A stretch of 63,981 bases of DNA, counting the filler, from Octopus bimaculoides (Eukaryota): assembly GCF_001194135.2 (NCBI RefSeq). It is 9 parts of 8 records of this genome, joined end to end, with 100 filler letters (N's around TTAATTAATTAA, not from the genome) between each part and the next. Parts side by side here need not be neighbours in the genome. Positions count along the whole stretch, not along the records: positions 21,355 to 25,606 come from NC_068998.1; positions 25,707 to 29,183 come from NC_068983.1; positions 29,284 to 35,032 come from NW_026387200.1; positions 35,133 to 42,194 come from NC_068982.1; 5 more parts are not named here. One strand, 5' to 3'. Each line of letters starts with the position of its first letter. The first letter of the stretch is position 1. The position numbers were made by a program, and so were the translations under genes. Shown here in pieces: positions 23,877 through 36,194 of the stretch. Below the pieces are notes generated by a model. It had not been told where the DNA came from, did not search any database, and saw only the letters and a list, made by a program, of their open reading frames with translations.

Positions 23877-24187
23877 TGTGAAGGCGCGTGGCTTAGTGTT
23901 TAGGGCATTCGACTCGCGATTGTAAGGTCTTGAGTTCAATGCCCGGCGATGCGTTGTGTCCTGGAGCAAGACACTTTATTTCACTCAGCTGGCAAAAATG
24001 AGTAGTACCTGCATTTCAAAGAGCCTGCCTTGTCACACTCTGTGTCACGCTGAATCTCCCTGAGAACTACGTTAAGGGTACACGCGTCTGTGGAGTGGTT
24101 AGCCACTTGAACGTTAATTTCGCGAGCAAGTTGTTCCATTGATCGTATCAGCCGGGACGCTCGTCGTCGTAACCGACGGAGTGCTCC
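23877..24187 (+). mobile_element. SINE family D (tRNA head, CORE-like domain)
   Basis: ggcgcgtggcttagtg (A box), gagttcaatgccc (B box), gtgtcctggagcaagacacttt...ctcagctggcaaaaatgagtagtacctg. Confidence 0.8.
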
Positions 24188-24548
24188 TTTGTAATAGGAG
24201 ATACTTGCCGAAGGTGTTACACAATGGAACTATATCGGAAATCACACAACCGCGCTGATCATAAGTTTAAATATTGGTTTCTGGTGTGTTGCTTGCGGTG
24301 TTTATCTGTAGACTTGTTCCAGTACTTTCTGACAGGTGTGTAGCTTTTAGTTGGCTTATTTCTTTCCTTTCTAGATTATAGACAGTGTGCACGTGTAAAG
24401 CACATACTACACCAACACATATCCTTCTGAGAACATATGCACACACGTGTATACACATGCAGAGACATTTACACATGCAGCGACATTTACACATTCATGG
24501 ATACGTCCAAAGATAGACATATAGGTAGATAAATAGATAGATAGATAA

Positions 24549-24621
<73 letters not shown>

Positions 24622-24801
24622 CTGACAGTCAAACAGACAGATGTATAGTTAGACAGACAGGCCACAGACAGATTAATAGATAAATAAATCGATCAATCGA
24701 TCGATAGATAGGTAGATAGATAGACAAGGAGTAGATTATATATATATACAGATAGATAGATAGAAACACACCACACACACTCTACACCATAGTATTCACA
24801 C

Positions 24802-24844
<43 letters not shown>

Positions 24845-25404
24845 TACACACTACACAACAAGAACACACACAGTACTCCACACATACATACAATCACTTA
24901 CAGATTCTCACATACAGACACACACATACATATACATACATACACACGTTTCTATAAACCTACACATCAAACACACACACACACACACACACAAATACAC
25001 ACTTTTCTATAAATAAACACTTTACAGATAGACACACACACGTGTTTCCATACCAATGTACTTTACATACACACACAACTCCTTCATCTCCACCTCACAG
25101 CTCCCTGTTGCAGAACACGTTTCGCGAATGAAATTACCCATCATGCCTAGCGCTTCATTCACATGTCTTGCCGCCCCGTCACGTGTATGTACTGCCAGTT
25201 CGTGTGGTGAGTGCCGACCACGACTACGATGACCATTTCAATCGTAGACTGTTTCGCCATCAGCAACACCACCACCAACACCAGCAACAACAACAACAAG
25301 ACAATGCACCATCAACAGCAGCAGCATCATCGACATCACCATCATAACCAGCACCAAACCAGCAATAAGCCATTCATAAATAGCACCGATTCTTAATTAT
25401 ACCA

Positions 25405-25433
25405 CCACCGCCCCCACTACCGCCCCCACTACC

Positions 25434-25506
<73 letters not shown>
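25405..25506. repeat. (CAC)n/(CTA)n microsatellite
   Basis: Seen directly. Confidence 0.95.
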
Positions 25507-25573
25507 TTTTGTTCTAGATCTATCCATCTGTCTAACCTCTCTCTCTCTCTCTATCTCTATATATATATGTATG

Positions 25574-25606
<33 letters not shown>

Positions 25607-25706
25607 NNNNNNNNNNNNNNNNNNNNNNNNNNNNNNNNNNNNNNNNNNNNTTAATTAATTAANNNNNNNNNNNNNNNNNNNNNNNNNNNNNNNNNNNNNN
25701 NNNNNN

Positions 25707-25775
<69 letters not shown>

Positions 25776-25777
<2 letters not shown>

Positions 25778-25935
25778 GACGGACTTCTTCCAGTTTTCAC
25801 CTATCAAATTCACTAAAAAGACTGGTTGGCCTGAGGCTATAATGGAAAACTCCAGCGCAAGGTGTCACGCAATGGGACTGAGCTCGGACCCATGTGGTTG
25901 GGAAGCTAGCTTCGTACTACACAGCCACACCTGAT
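25776..25935 (-). mobile_element. SINE family B head region
   Basis: acgacggacttcttccagttttc...tacacagccacac. Confidence 0.75.
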
Positions 25936-26173
25936 CCTATGTTCATATTTTGAAATATCTTAACTCAGGAAAATATTTTGTAACAGTTGAATTTACTTTG
26001 ATCTATTGCGTAATGATCTGAAATATGCGTATTAAATGCATTCAAAATAACATATCTTGTTTTGACGTCATTACAGATATAGCTAGCTAGACAGATAGAG
26101 AGATAAATAGATACATACATACGTAAGTATATATGTATGTCTATACATACATACATACATACAAATAAATAAA

Positions 26174-26784
26174 TCTAATAAACACGTCTCAAGGACAGTC
26201 TCTCAAGGTTGTTGGACTTCACCTTGTTTCTCTCATGGACAATTATGTAAGATGTTCGCTAGTTAGAAGTCCCCAAAATCTTTTCATTTATACATCAATT
26301 AAAGGACACACTCAAAACGTTATGTATTTAGAAGCCCTAGATAATTAAACTGTGAATGATTTCCGGATTTGTTTCGATCCATTTGTTTATACTGACGTCA
26401 TCTGATAGGATTATTGTTATTAATAGGAGAGGAGCGCCCGCAGACCGGTTCTTCTCAAATTTATGCCTTTTCATGTTCAACGTGTTTCCAATAATTACTG
26501 ACAATTGAAGGTGTTTGCAAAGACAAAGACCTACCTGATTTTATTTTAACAATTTTAACAGTGAGAACATCGGACAAAATATGCTATTGACATTAACAGT
26601 TTGTACCTCAGCTAATTACTATTCAAAACTGCGTAATCCACGCTTCATTTCAGTTAAAGATTTAAAAGGTATACTTAAATTTCATTATATTCAATAACCA
26701 GGGAAACACCGGGTTATTAACGTATAAAAGCCATTTTTGAATTTCATTATTTTCTTTATCCCGGGCAACGCTGGGTATTTCTGC

Positions 26785-26787
<3 letters not shown>
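26174..26787 (+). mobile_element. Putative non-autonomous Helitron
   Basis: Canonical 3' end: cccgggcaacgctggg hairpin, short spacer, CTAG|T. Candidate A|TC start at 26174. Confidence 0.6.
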
Positions 26788-26854
<67 letters not shown>

Positions 26855-27419
26855 NNNNNNNNNNNNNNNNNNNNNNNNNNNNNNNNNNNNNNNNNNNNNN
26901 NNNNNNNNNNNNNNNNNNNNNNNNNNNNNNNNNNNNNNNNNNNNNNNNNNNNNNNNNNNNNNNNNNNNNNNNNNNNNNNNNNNNNNNNNNNNNNNNNNNN
27001 NNNNNNNNNNNNNNNNNNNNNNNNNNNNNNNNNNNNNNNNNNNNNNNNNNNNNNNNNNNNNNNNNNNNNNNNNNNNNNNNNNNNNNNNNNNNNNNNNNNN
27101 NNNNNNNNNNNNNNNNNNNNNNNNNNNNNNNNNNNNNNNNNNNNNNNNNNNNNNNNNNNNNNNNNNNNNNNNNNNNNNNNNNNNNNNNNNNNNNNNNNNN
27201 NNNNNNNNNNNNNNNNNNNNNNNNNNNNNNNNNNNNNNNNNNNNNNNNNNNNNNNNNNNNNNNNNNNNNNNNNNNNNNNNNNNNNNNNNNNNNNNNNNNN
27301 NNNNNNNNNNNNNNNNNNNNNNNNNNNNNNNNNNNNNNNNNNNNNNNNAGAGAGAGAGAGAGAGACTTATACATATATAAACAAGTAACTATTTTTATGC
27401 ATACAAAAGACTATAAACA

Positions 27420-28180
27420 TACATTCTTGCCTCACGTACATTATAAAACTCGGAAGGCAGTTCTTTATGCAGCATTCCTTGTCTGATAACCTTAAATTAT
27501 ATGCTCAAAGAAGTCGCACGAGTCTACAGCAACACATCATCAGATGAAAGCATGAGCGTATACGAGCAGAAGACCATGCATGTATCTGTTAGTAGAAATC
27601 TCTGAGACGATAGTAACAGTGATCATCAAAGCAGTCTATCGTGGACCAACAACCGGGTTACTACTTCCCGCTTTGAAGGGTATGAGTTTGCAATCTAGGA
27701 ACAGCAAACATCAACCAAATAACTAAGGCACACAAGGGATAGAGATGCAGGAAAAGCAGTAAAATATGACAACAGTTTCAGATTTTGTGGAGTTAGCACT
27801 GAGATATCACCCACTTCATAAGCAGTTGTCCGAAAATGTCATCACGGTATGAGACACTGTATACACGAGATCCGTCGAAAGGATAACCCGGAAATAAGAA
27901 CCCACAGTATGATAAAAGCCATAGCCACTCATAATAAAAAGGAGTACATGTGGATTGTCCCCGTAAAAACCTCAGTAAAATGTAACACAATAGACCTGAT
28001 ATAATGATTTGCGATAGAGAAGAGAAACTGTGTGCAGTTGTAGAAATGAGCTGCCTAAATACCAATCTTGAGAAATTAGCCTTCTCAAAACCAGAAAGGA
28101 GAAAGCTGATTCGAAGACTATAAATCCAAGCCATAACTGGAACTATGAAAATGTGTAAAACTTTCCATAAACTTATAATT
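27420..28180 (+). mobile_element. R4/Dong-clade LINE C-terminal region (zinc knuckle plus endonuclease remnant)
   Basis: FRFCGVSTE.ITHFISSCPKMSSRY, HNRPDIMICDREEKLCAVVEMSC, GTMKMCKTF. Confidence 0.75.
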
Positions 28181-29024
28181 TAAGTATATATGAACACGTG
28201 TAGGCAAGCAAGTATATGCGTGAAATGACATACATAAAACAAAAACATACAAATCTGAATATATACATATATACATACATACAAACATGCATACATACAT
28301 ACATACATACACACATGCATACAAAAATACCCTGTTATTTGTGTTGAAATTCCAATGAAGGAGTATTGGAACTAGGTTAGAAAATAGAAACCAGCTCTTT
28401 CTCTATTGGCAAGAAATCATGAAAGAAAACTGAATCATGACGTACATACATATCCTCATGCGTACGCAAAGATTAATACGTGCAAATATACATATACACG
28501 TGTGTACATGCGCATATACACTTGCACAAAAGTTCACACAAGTAAATTAGCAATAAACAAGTTAAACCTACAAATAACCCACGAAAAAGAATTAATAAAT
28601 ATAGCAGTCTTAATAATAGAAATTTATAGTAATCTAAGAAAAGTTTTTGATTGATGAATGTAAATTGAATTTAACATCAACATTTTAGATCCAGCAATAA
28701 AAAATACCAGTAACAAATTAAATCTTATCATCTTTACTGCTCATACAAATACACAGCAATACTGATCGCTTCAATCAAGAAATAAAACCGAGGAAGCCTA
28801 CAAATGCAAATCAGCCTTCGAGCACTAATCTTCCTAATTAAACATGATGACATAGGAAATTCGAAAATTTAAAAGTACATAGTTTCAGCTAAAATATATA
28901 TGAATCATCAGTTTGAAAGAAAATCTGTTTCCACAAAAACATACATACGCATATGCACACACGCAAGCATACACATACATACGCAAGCAGGCGCGCGCAC
29001 ACATACACACGCAAGTACACTCAC

Positions 29025-29183
29025 AAAGATATCTTTTTATTATAGCCACACAGGGTTAAATACAGAAAATGGACAAATTACAAAGTAGAGCTTTTCTTGG
29101 TGGGGGGGATAATTTCGATCAAAAGGGATCGCGGGAAAAAAAGGTGGGGATTTCGATCAAAAGGGATCGCGGGAAGAAAAAAA
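29025..29183. repeat. Interspersed repeat end with CGATCAAAAGGGATCG units, second copy at 61790-62160
   Basis: Shared ccacacaggg...acaaat.caa.gtagagcttttc and the 16-mer units. Confidence 0.8.
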
Positions 29184-29283
29184 NNNNNNNNNNNNNNNNN
29201 NNNNNNNNNNNNNNNNNNNNNNNNNNNTTAATTAATTAANNNNNNNNNNNNNNNNNNNNNNNNNNNNNNNNNNNNNNNNNNNN

Positions 29284-30535
29284 GTGTTTTTTAGTAGAAG
29301 AACACTGTTTCATGGATGAATATTGCCGTCATACCAAATAATAAACATCGTCGTTCACGTACTTTTGCCATTTACCGCTTCTCGCAACTTTTATTTTTGT
29401 TCTGATAGTTTTATTAGTTTGAAATATTTTGTGTTGCACTTTGTTTATGTTTTTAGATCGAAGTGCTACTATAACAAACAAATTCGCATTTTCATTTCGG
29501 GACTTTTAAACTATCGACCAGTTGAACATTACCGTACTCACTAGAAATGGCAGTCAAAATCTGCCGAAAGTCATCATTTGTTGTCTTTAAACAAAGGAAT
29601 GATACATTTGAACATTTATTCTTTGATAAAGAATGTTTTACATAGAGTTCGGATACAAATCTGGGTACTATTAAAGCAGCGCGGACCCGAACGCGCAGTC
29701 GCGCGTCCGAGCTAGCTAGTCGTGAGTGGTCGATCCTAACCCTAACCCTAAACACGTATTCATTTGCACACGCGGGATAGGGTTAGGGTTAGGGTTAGGG
29801 ATAGGGACAGGGTCAGGGTTAGGGTTAGGGATAGGGTTAGGGTTAGGATCGACCACTCAAGACTAGCTAGCGCGGACGCGCGACTGCGCGTTCGGGTCCG
29901 CGCTGCTTTAGAAGTACCCAAATCTGTACTCGAAGAAAATATACAGTGAAAAAGCAAAGGCATTTCTATTGTTATTGACATCCACGGAGGAAAAGGTGGT
30001 TTCACTGCATTCGTGGTTTCACTAATTGAATAGGCTTGTTTTACATATAGACGAAAATTTGTATAGCACATTTGCTGAGAATTTCCATCTTTTAGTGGAA
30101 TTGATGTTTGATGAATGGATATTACTATCAAACGTCATAATAAACACCGCCTTTCACGTTCTTTTCCCATCATCGTATATCGCTTCTCGCAACTTTTACT
30201 TTTGTTCTGATAGTTTTCATGGTTTCTGATATTTGTGTTGTACAATGTTTATGTTTGACGACGGAAATGCTGCTTTAAGAAACAAATTCGCATTTTCAGT
30301 TACGAACTCATCACCAAGCGACCACGTGAATATCACCGCGTCCGCTAGAAATAACAGTCAAAATCTGTCGAAAGTTATGATCTGTTGTCTTTAAACAAAA
30401 GAATGAAACATTTGAATATTTATTCCTTGATACACAATGCTTCACAAAGAATTTGGATACTCATATATCGCACAAGTCAGTACTCATTGAAAATATACAG
30501 AGAAAAAGCAAATGCATTTCTATAGTTATAGATTA
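29284..30535 (+). repeat. Diverged tandem duplication, unit ~560 bp; the first copy carries a 257-bp insertion
   Basis: cgcttctcgcaactttta at 29376 and 30181; ttgtctttaaacaaa.gaatga and aaatatacag.gaaaaagcaaa.gcatttctat occur in both copies. Confidence 0.9.
29663..29919. mobile_element. Fold-back MITE-like element with 89-bp TIRs, internal telomeric repeats and 6-bp TSD AAATCT; superfamily unknown
   Basis: GGGTAC...GTACCC termini; arms 29663-29751 and 29831-29919 are reverse complements with about 5 mismatches; aaatct at 29657-29662 and 29920-29925. Confidence 0.88.
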
Positions 30536-30949
30536 AGAATATTGTTGATGGTAATTGGCTTCCAGGGTTGGTAATTGGCTTCCTGAAGATGCGAGTAAGA
30601 AGGGAGTGTGTGTAACTCGGAATGAAACAAATACGACAAGGATTTTAATACTGCTTTTGTAATTATTTTCACATGAAAGTTTAGTAGATTTACTTCTATA
30701 TGTCATTGAATAAGGTACACGTACATATTATACGGCATTACTACAGATGTGTCTCCCCACACACACCGTGTTTGTTCTGAAAATTCACGCGAAGTGGCTT
30801 TCTGTACTCATAGCTGTCAGAGAGGTGAGTGAAATTTTAAAATGAAAGTTCCTATTAATACGTTTCAGAATCTGTAGTTGACGATAATACCGGAATCTAA
30901 CATGAAAAAGTAAATTTACTTGACTCATAAAGATACGTACTGACACATG

Positions 30950-31026
<77 letters not shown>

Positions 31027-31295
31027 NNNNNNNNNNNNNNNNNNNNNNNNNNNNNNNNNNNNNNNNNNNNNNNNNNNNNNNNNNNNNNNNNNNNNNNNNN
31101 NNNNNNNNNNNNNNNNNNNNNNNNNNNNNNNNNNNNNNNNNNNNNNNNNNNNNNNNNNNNNNNNNNNNNNNNNNNNNNNNNNNNNNNNNNNNNNNNNNNN
31201 NNNNNNNNNNNNNNNNNNNNNNNNNNNNNNNNNNNNNNNNNNNNNNNNNNNNNNNNNNNNNNNNNNNNNNNNNNNNNNNNNNNNNNNNNNNNNNN

Positions 31296-31367
<72 letters not shown>

Positions 31368-32414
31368 ACATACATACGTACGTCCGTACATACATACATA
31401 CATTCGTTCATCAAAGGTGATAAACATACAATCTTAGGTACAGGTGCACCAAAGAAGTTTGCTTTCCAACCGAGACAGTCTTTCATTGAATCTATACAAA
31501 AAGAATAGCGTCGGATATTATTCAGATCGTCGAAAGCCAGTATTCCTTGGAATGAATACCATCCAAGCATCGTAGACTGCGATTTCGCAAACAATAAAAC
31601 ACGGATTGCCTATGTGGGTGATTTTACCTCGCGTCTTTCTCGATAATCTTTCGCTTTAACATTTTCCGAACTATTTAAGAAATTTATTGTTAAAAGTTCA
31701 GCGTATATTTATGAAACATAGTCTCAAATTTTTCGAAGTAAACTTAAAACTAGAAAAGTACGGAAAGAGAATAGGAATAAGATGAAAGACAAGAACCCTC
31801 TTCTATTTTGTTTCTTCATACGCGATGCTTAAACAGTACTCATCTAAGTGCATAATTTCTTCTAGTATACTGTGTAATTTCCCACTCTATTCTGTGGGTT
31901 TGCTCGTCTCCAAGTATGGTTGGTTCCTTGAAGAAAGTTTATAGCATAAAATTTCTTCTAAAAAAAAATTCTGCATTTCAGACAAAGTGTTAGAACATGC
32001 TTCGGTGCCTATCCATTATTTATAAAACGTAAGGTTTATGGTCGAGCCTGTGTTAGCGGAGCCGTCCAGCGTTTTTGGCTTCCGGACCATATCCCTGCTC
32101 ATAGCTATCCGAAAGTGTAAGCCCTATAAGTCAGAATGCCTTTTTTTTTTTAGCGCATCTGCCTCGCTATCCTTCTGGACAACACCTTTTCCATTTTCTG
32201 TTCAGTACCCAGGGAGGTACTTGTGACAGCATTTAACTAAAAATTTTATTCATGTATTAATTCGTTATCGAATAGTTTCTCACAAGTGGAAAATATATAA
32301 TTTTAGAAATTTATATGCTCATCTTCCAATTTGGTGACGTGTAAGTTTCTAAATCCAAACACTAAATTTCTTTCTTATTCGAAAAAAGCTAGCAAAGATA
32401 TAAAAGTTGTATTA

Positions 32415-33410
32415 CACTGGTCAACAAAATAAAACTTCTATTTTCTGGCATAAATCTGAGTGTTGTTTTAGACTAATTTTTAGGTGCTTATTCCAAAACT
32501 GACCTCAGATTTCCTCAGTCACATTAGATTTTCGTGCTATCAGCATATAACTATATTTATCTGGAACACACCAAAAGTTAACTTTGCACCGCAATTTGCG
32601 AGTATTTTGGCTGGATTGTCACACTAATTTTGAATGTGTTGAAGCTGAGTTTTGCTTTAAAGCCCTTCTTTTTTTAGGTGTGAACTGAACTACTGTAATC
32701 TAGTTATGGCTGCATCAGTAAGAAGGACGTACTGTAATGATCCCGATATCCTCTGGTACGTCTGTGGAAAGGTCCTCAAAGGCGCAACATTAATAACTTT
32801 GCCGAGAAGCTTTATCTTGCTTACTTTAAAGTAAAACTTGCAGACCAGGACAATACCTGGGCTCCCCACAAAATTTTCTAAACCTGTGTTGAAACTTGGT
32901 GAGCAATTCATCAAATCTCTTCATCGCCGTGGAGATTGCTTTAGATATATATGTACAACTTTTCCAAGTCTCAGTGACGGAAAAAAAGAAGGCAGGAATA
33001 TTTGATGCACCTCAAATAAGAACACTCTTCAGGGATCCACATTTCGTTACAATAATGAGTGTGGCGGAGGCTAGAACTTGGAATGCCTTCTTTGATGTGG
33101 TGCAGAATTTTCTTGGAAACAGTAAAGCTGACAACTATCAAAAGTATGTGAAGGAGCTGCTTCTGAATTTGCAAGAACTTGGATATAGAATGCGCATAAG
33201 CTGCATTACTTACACAGTCACTTGTGTGAGTTTCCAGACAACCTGAGTGGTGTTAGCAAAGAACGAGGTGAACACTTTCATGAAAATATAAAAGTATTGG
33301 AAGAACGTGACCAACGAAGATCGAACATAAACATGACGGCAGATTACGGCTGGAGCTTGATGTGAGATATTCCAGAAGCTGTAGACAAGAGCTAAATTCT
33401 GAAAATTCTA
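32415..33410 (+). mobile_element. Chapaev3-like (CMC) DNA transposon, internally deleted, right end not seen
   Basis: TTA|CACTGGTCAACAAAA left end; CNDPDILWYVCG...LAYFKVKLADQDNTWAPH; AGIFDAPQIR...FLGNSKADNY...; decayed NL.GVS.ERGEHFHE...MTADYGWSL. Family name is from recall. Confidence 0.7.
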
Positions 33411-33479
33411 TGGAATTTGACAGGAAAATGGAAATGGTTCTCTTTCTTATTGAGAACTACTGGGACAGTTAGCTAACCC

Positions 33480-34020
33480 TATAGCGAGCCACGAACTCAA
33501 AACCAAGCCTAGAATATCTCATCGGTGGCGTGAAGGTTCAGGGAAACTTCAACTATGTGTAGGAGGATATGGTGGTTGAATTGCAATGTAGTGAAAACCA
33601 TCAAGAAGGAATTTGAGAACACAGACTCCCACGAGGCCAAAGTTAAAAATATGAACAGACTTGGAATTTATTGAGCCAGCATTTTGCATGGTCTACGCTT
33701 GAAGTAGATGTAAAGTTCTTCTGGTGTATTGCATATCTGATGCGATATGACCGTTAAGAAGAGAATGAAAATCCACTACAAGTATTCGGAAAGTAGTTCA
33801 CTGAAAATGGTGTATACTGAGACAGAGGGTAAGGGGGATGTGTTAGATATATACGTCTGGGAAAGGAGAAATATAGATGCCAGACGTCCGCGGTATAAAA
33901 CCGATAATGTTGATTGATGTAGCAAGATGGTGTTGAGGCGGTGCGTTGGTGTACTTTGGGGAACAAATGTTATTGGATTTTAGATTTTATGTGATAGCAA
34001 TCGATGTGTTAGGTGTGAAA
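33480..34020 (-). mobile_element. Possible LINE apurinic-endonuclease fragment, heavily decayed
   Basis: Weak resemblance only (INIIGFIP..., ILVVDFHS ~ GDFNAH). Confidence 0.3.
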
Positions 34021-35284
34021 ATACACTCAGTTTAGAGCGGTAGATGATTTAGATGTCTTTCAACGATTCTAATGTCTCAGGAGCCATCTGCAGCTTCACG
34101 AAACCATTTGGTGAACAGGTGAAGTAACATGAACTGCCCTTCACCTGTTGATCAACTTTGTGGGCTCCGCCAGAGACTTTACGTAGTCTTAAGATGAGTA
34201 AGCTATGTTCGTAATAAAATGATGACCGACGGTCTCTATGTACAAAGATGTGATTAACTATATTTCATTTCAGAAATATTCTTTTATATAATGATGAAGA
34301 TGTAATTGTAATACATTTCAGCTTACAAAAATCACTAGCTTTCTACGCTATAAATTGTAGATTTGAAGCTGTTATTTGTACTTGTGAAAGATATCTGCAT
34401 TTTCTTCTTACACCTTTCACTTTTATTCTTATAACAGAGTGAAAGAAATACAGTAAAAGCCGTTTATTCTAATCATGTATAATATTATTAGCATATAGTC
34501 ATGTAACTGATTTTTTTTTTCACGCAAATCCTAGGTTGATTCAGTTGAAGATTAATAAGCGGCTTCCACTCTAAGGTTCACTTTGGCATCATTAGCTACT
34601 TTACCTTGGGCTCTTATGCTTCCTCTCCGATAAACATATCTACTTGTTTACTGTAGAAGTTACCTGTTTATTTTTAAAAAGAAACTTGCAACAAAACAAC
34701 AAGGAATAGCATGCATAAACATACGAGTAATATTTCATATGAAACAAGAAATAAACGAATATAAAATAACGACGAGACTCTTGTGAAATAAAATATCAAT
34801 TATATTCTTCTAAAAATACATACAAAGATTTTGGAGATTGTTTTACAAAATGTGAATGGGATGAATGAATAAATTATGAAAGTTCACAATGTTGTTGAAC
34901 TGATACGAATGAGAATAATTTAAGAAATCACATAAAGTGATGTAATATGAAAAGAGTACTGAGAAATAGATATATCACAGTATTTTATCAAATGTTCGTA
35001 TGAGTAAATAAGATATTAGTCCATTTCTTCAANNNNNNNNNNNNNNNNNNNNNNNNNNNNNNNNNNNNNNNNNNNNTTAATTAATTAANNNNNNNNNNNN
35101 NNNNNNNNNNNNNNNNNNNNNNNNNNNNNNNNTATATGCGTGTGTGTGCGTGTGTGTATGTGTGTATGTATGTGTGTATATATATACATATATATATATA
35201 TATAAACATTTAGACGCACACACACACATATACGTAAGTATGCATGCATGCGTATATGTATATTTAAGTACAAACGTTATCGTT

Positions 35285-35314
35285 GCTGCTAATGCTGCTA
35301 CTGCTGCTACTACA

Positions 35315-35353
<39 letters not shown>

Positions 35354-35470
35354 GCTACTACTCTTACTACTACTATTGCTGCTACTGCTGCTGCTGCTGA
35401 TGATGATGATGGTGATGATGAAGATGATGATGATGATGATAATGCTGATGATGGCGACGAAGTTGATGAT
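35285..35470. repeat. (CTA/CTG)n and (GAT)n trinucleotide tract
   Basis: Seen directly. Confidence 0.9.
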
Positions 35471-36194
35471 GTTGTTACGACCACTAACTGCACTTTTTGC
35501 CCACAGAGTATGATTTTAATTTTTAAATTCAATTTGACAATAATCTGCACAGTCTTTATATTTGTTCTTTTGCCTAAGTATTATTTTTATTGCTCATCTG
35601 CATTAGCATCTCATGAACGATAAATTGCTGATCTGTTCGGTGGATTTGGTCTTTGTATCTGTGAATGCATGTGCGTGTGTTTCTGTAGGTGTGTTTGTTT
35701 GTGTATATGTGCTCGTGTGTATGTGACCGCATATGTTTCGGTGTATATGAAGGTGTTTCTTTGTGTGTGTGCATAGCTGTCCTTATGCATGCTTGGAGCA
35801 ATTTATTTCTCTCTTATCGTCTCTATGTGTGTATGTATCTAGATATATATTTGCGAGTCTGTAGCAAAATGTGTGAGCAAAGTGACGTGTATGAATACAT
35901 CTTTCCGCGTACGCCAATCTATTTGATATGCTTGGTTGGTTATGCATCTGTATGTAAGTCAACATGTCTAAGTGTTTTGAAAACGCAAATGAGTATTTGT
36001 GCGCATTCATCCAGTTTGAGCCTGTGTGTCAGACTTTTGTAATAGTTTTACTAGACACTCTTGTAATGGTTCTAGCGGACTCTATAATCTGATTTCCCAT
36101 ATATTTCTCTCGATACAATCTGATACTGTCTCCACCGACCCAACAATAATTAGCAATATCTTCGCCTTCGTTTTCCATTTCCGTACATACATAT

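Noticed and set aside
23877-23950. tRNA genes at SINE heads (also 20536, 43400, 45080)
   Set aside because: A and B boxes are present but there is no complete cloverleaf, and each continues into a SINE body.
29734-29847. True telomere or telomere-fusion scar
   Set aside because: The tract is short, flanked by TIRs and a TSD, and has the opposite polarity to a fusion.
29760-30131. ORFs with RVRVRD or TLTLSL repeats
   Set aside because: These are translations of the telomeric hexamer tract inside the fold-back element.
35144-35623. Thr/Ala/Asp homopolymer ORF (similarly poly-Gln/His at 25211 and poly-Ser at 56191)
   Set aside because: Trinucleotide microsatellites without splice or homology support.
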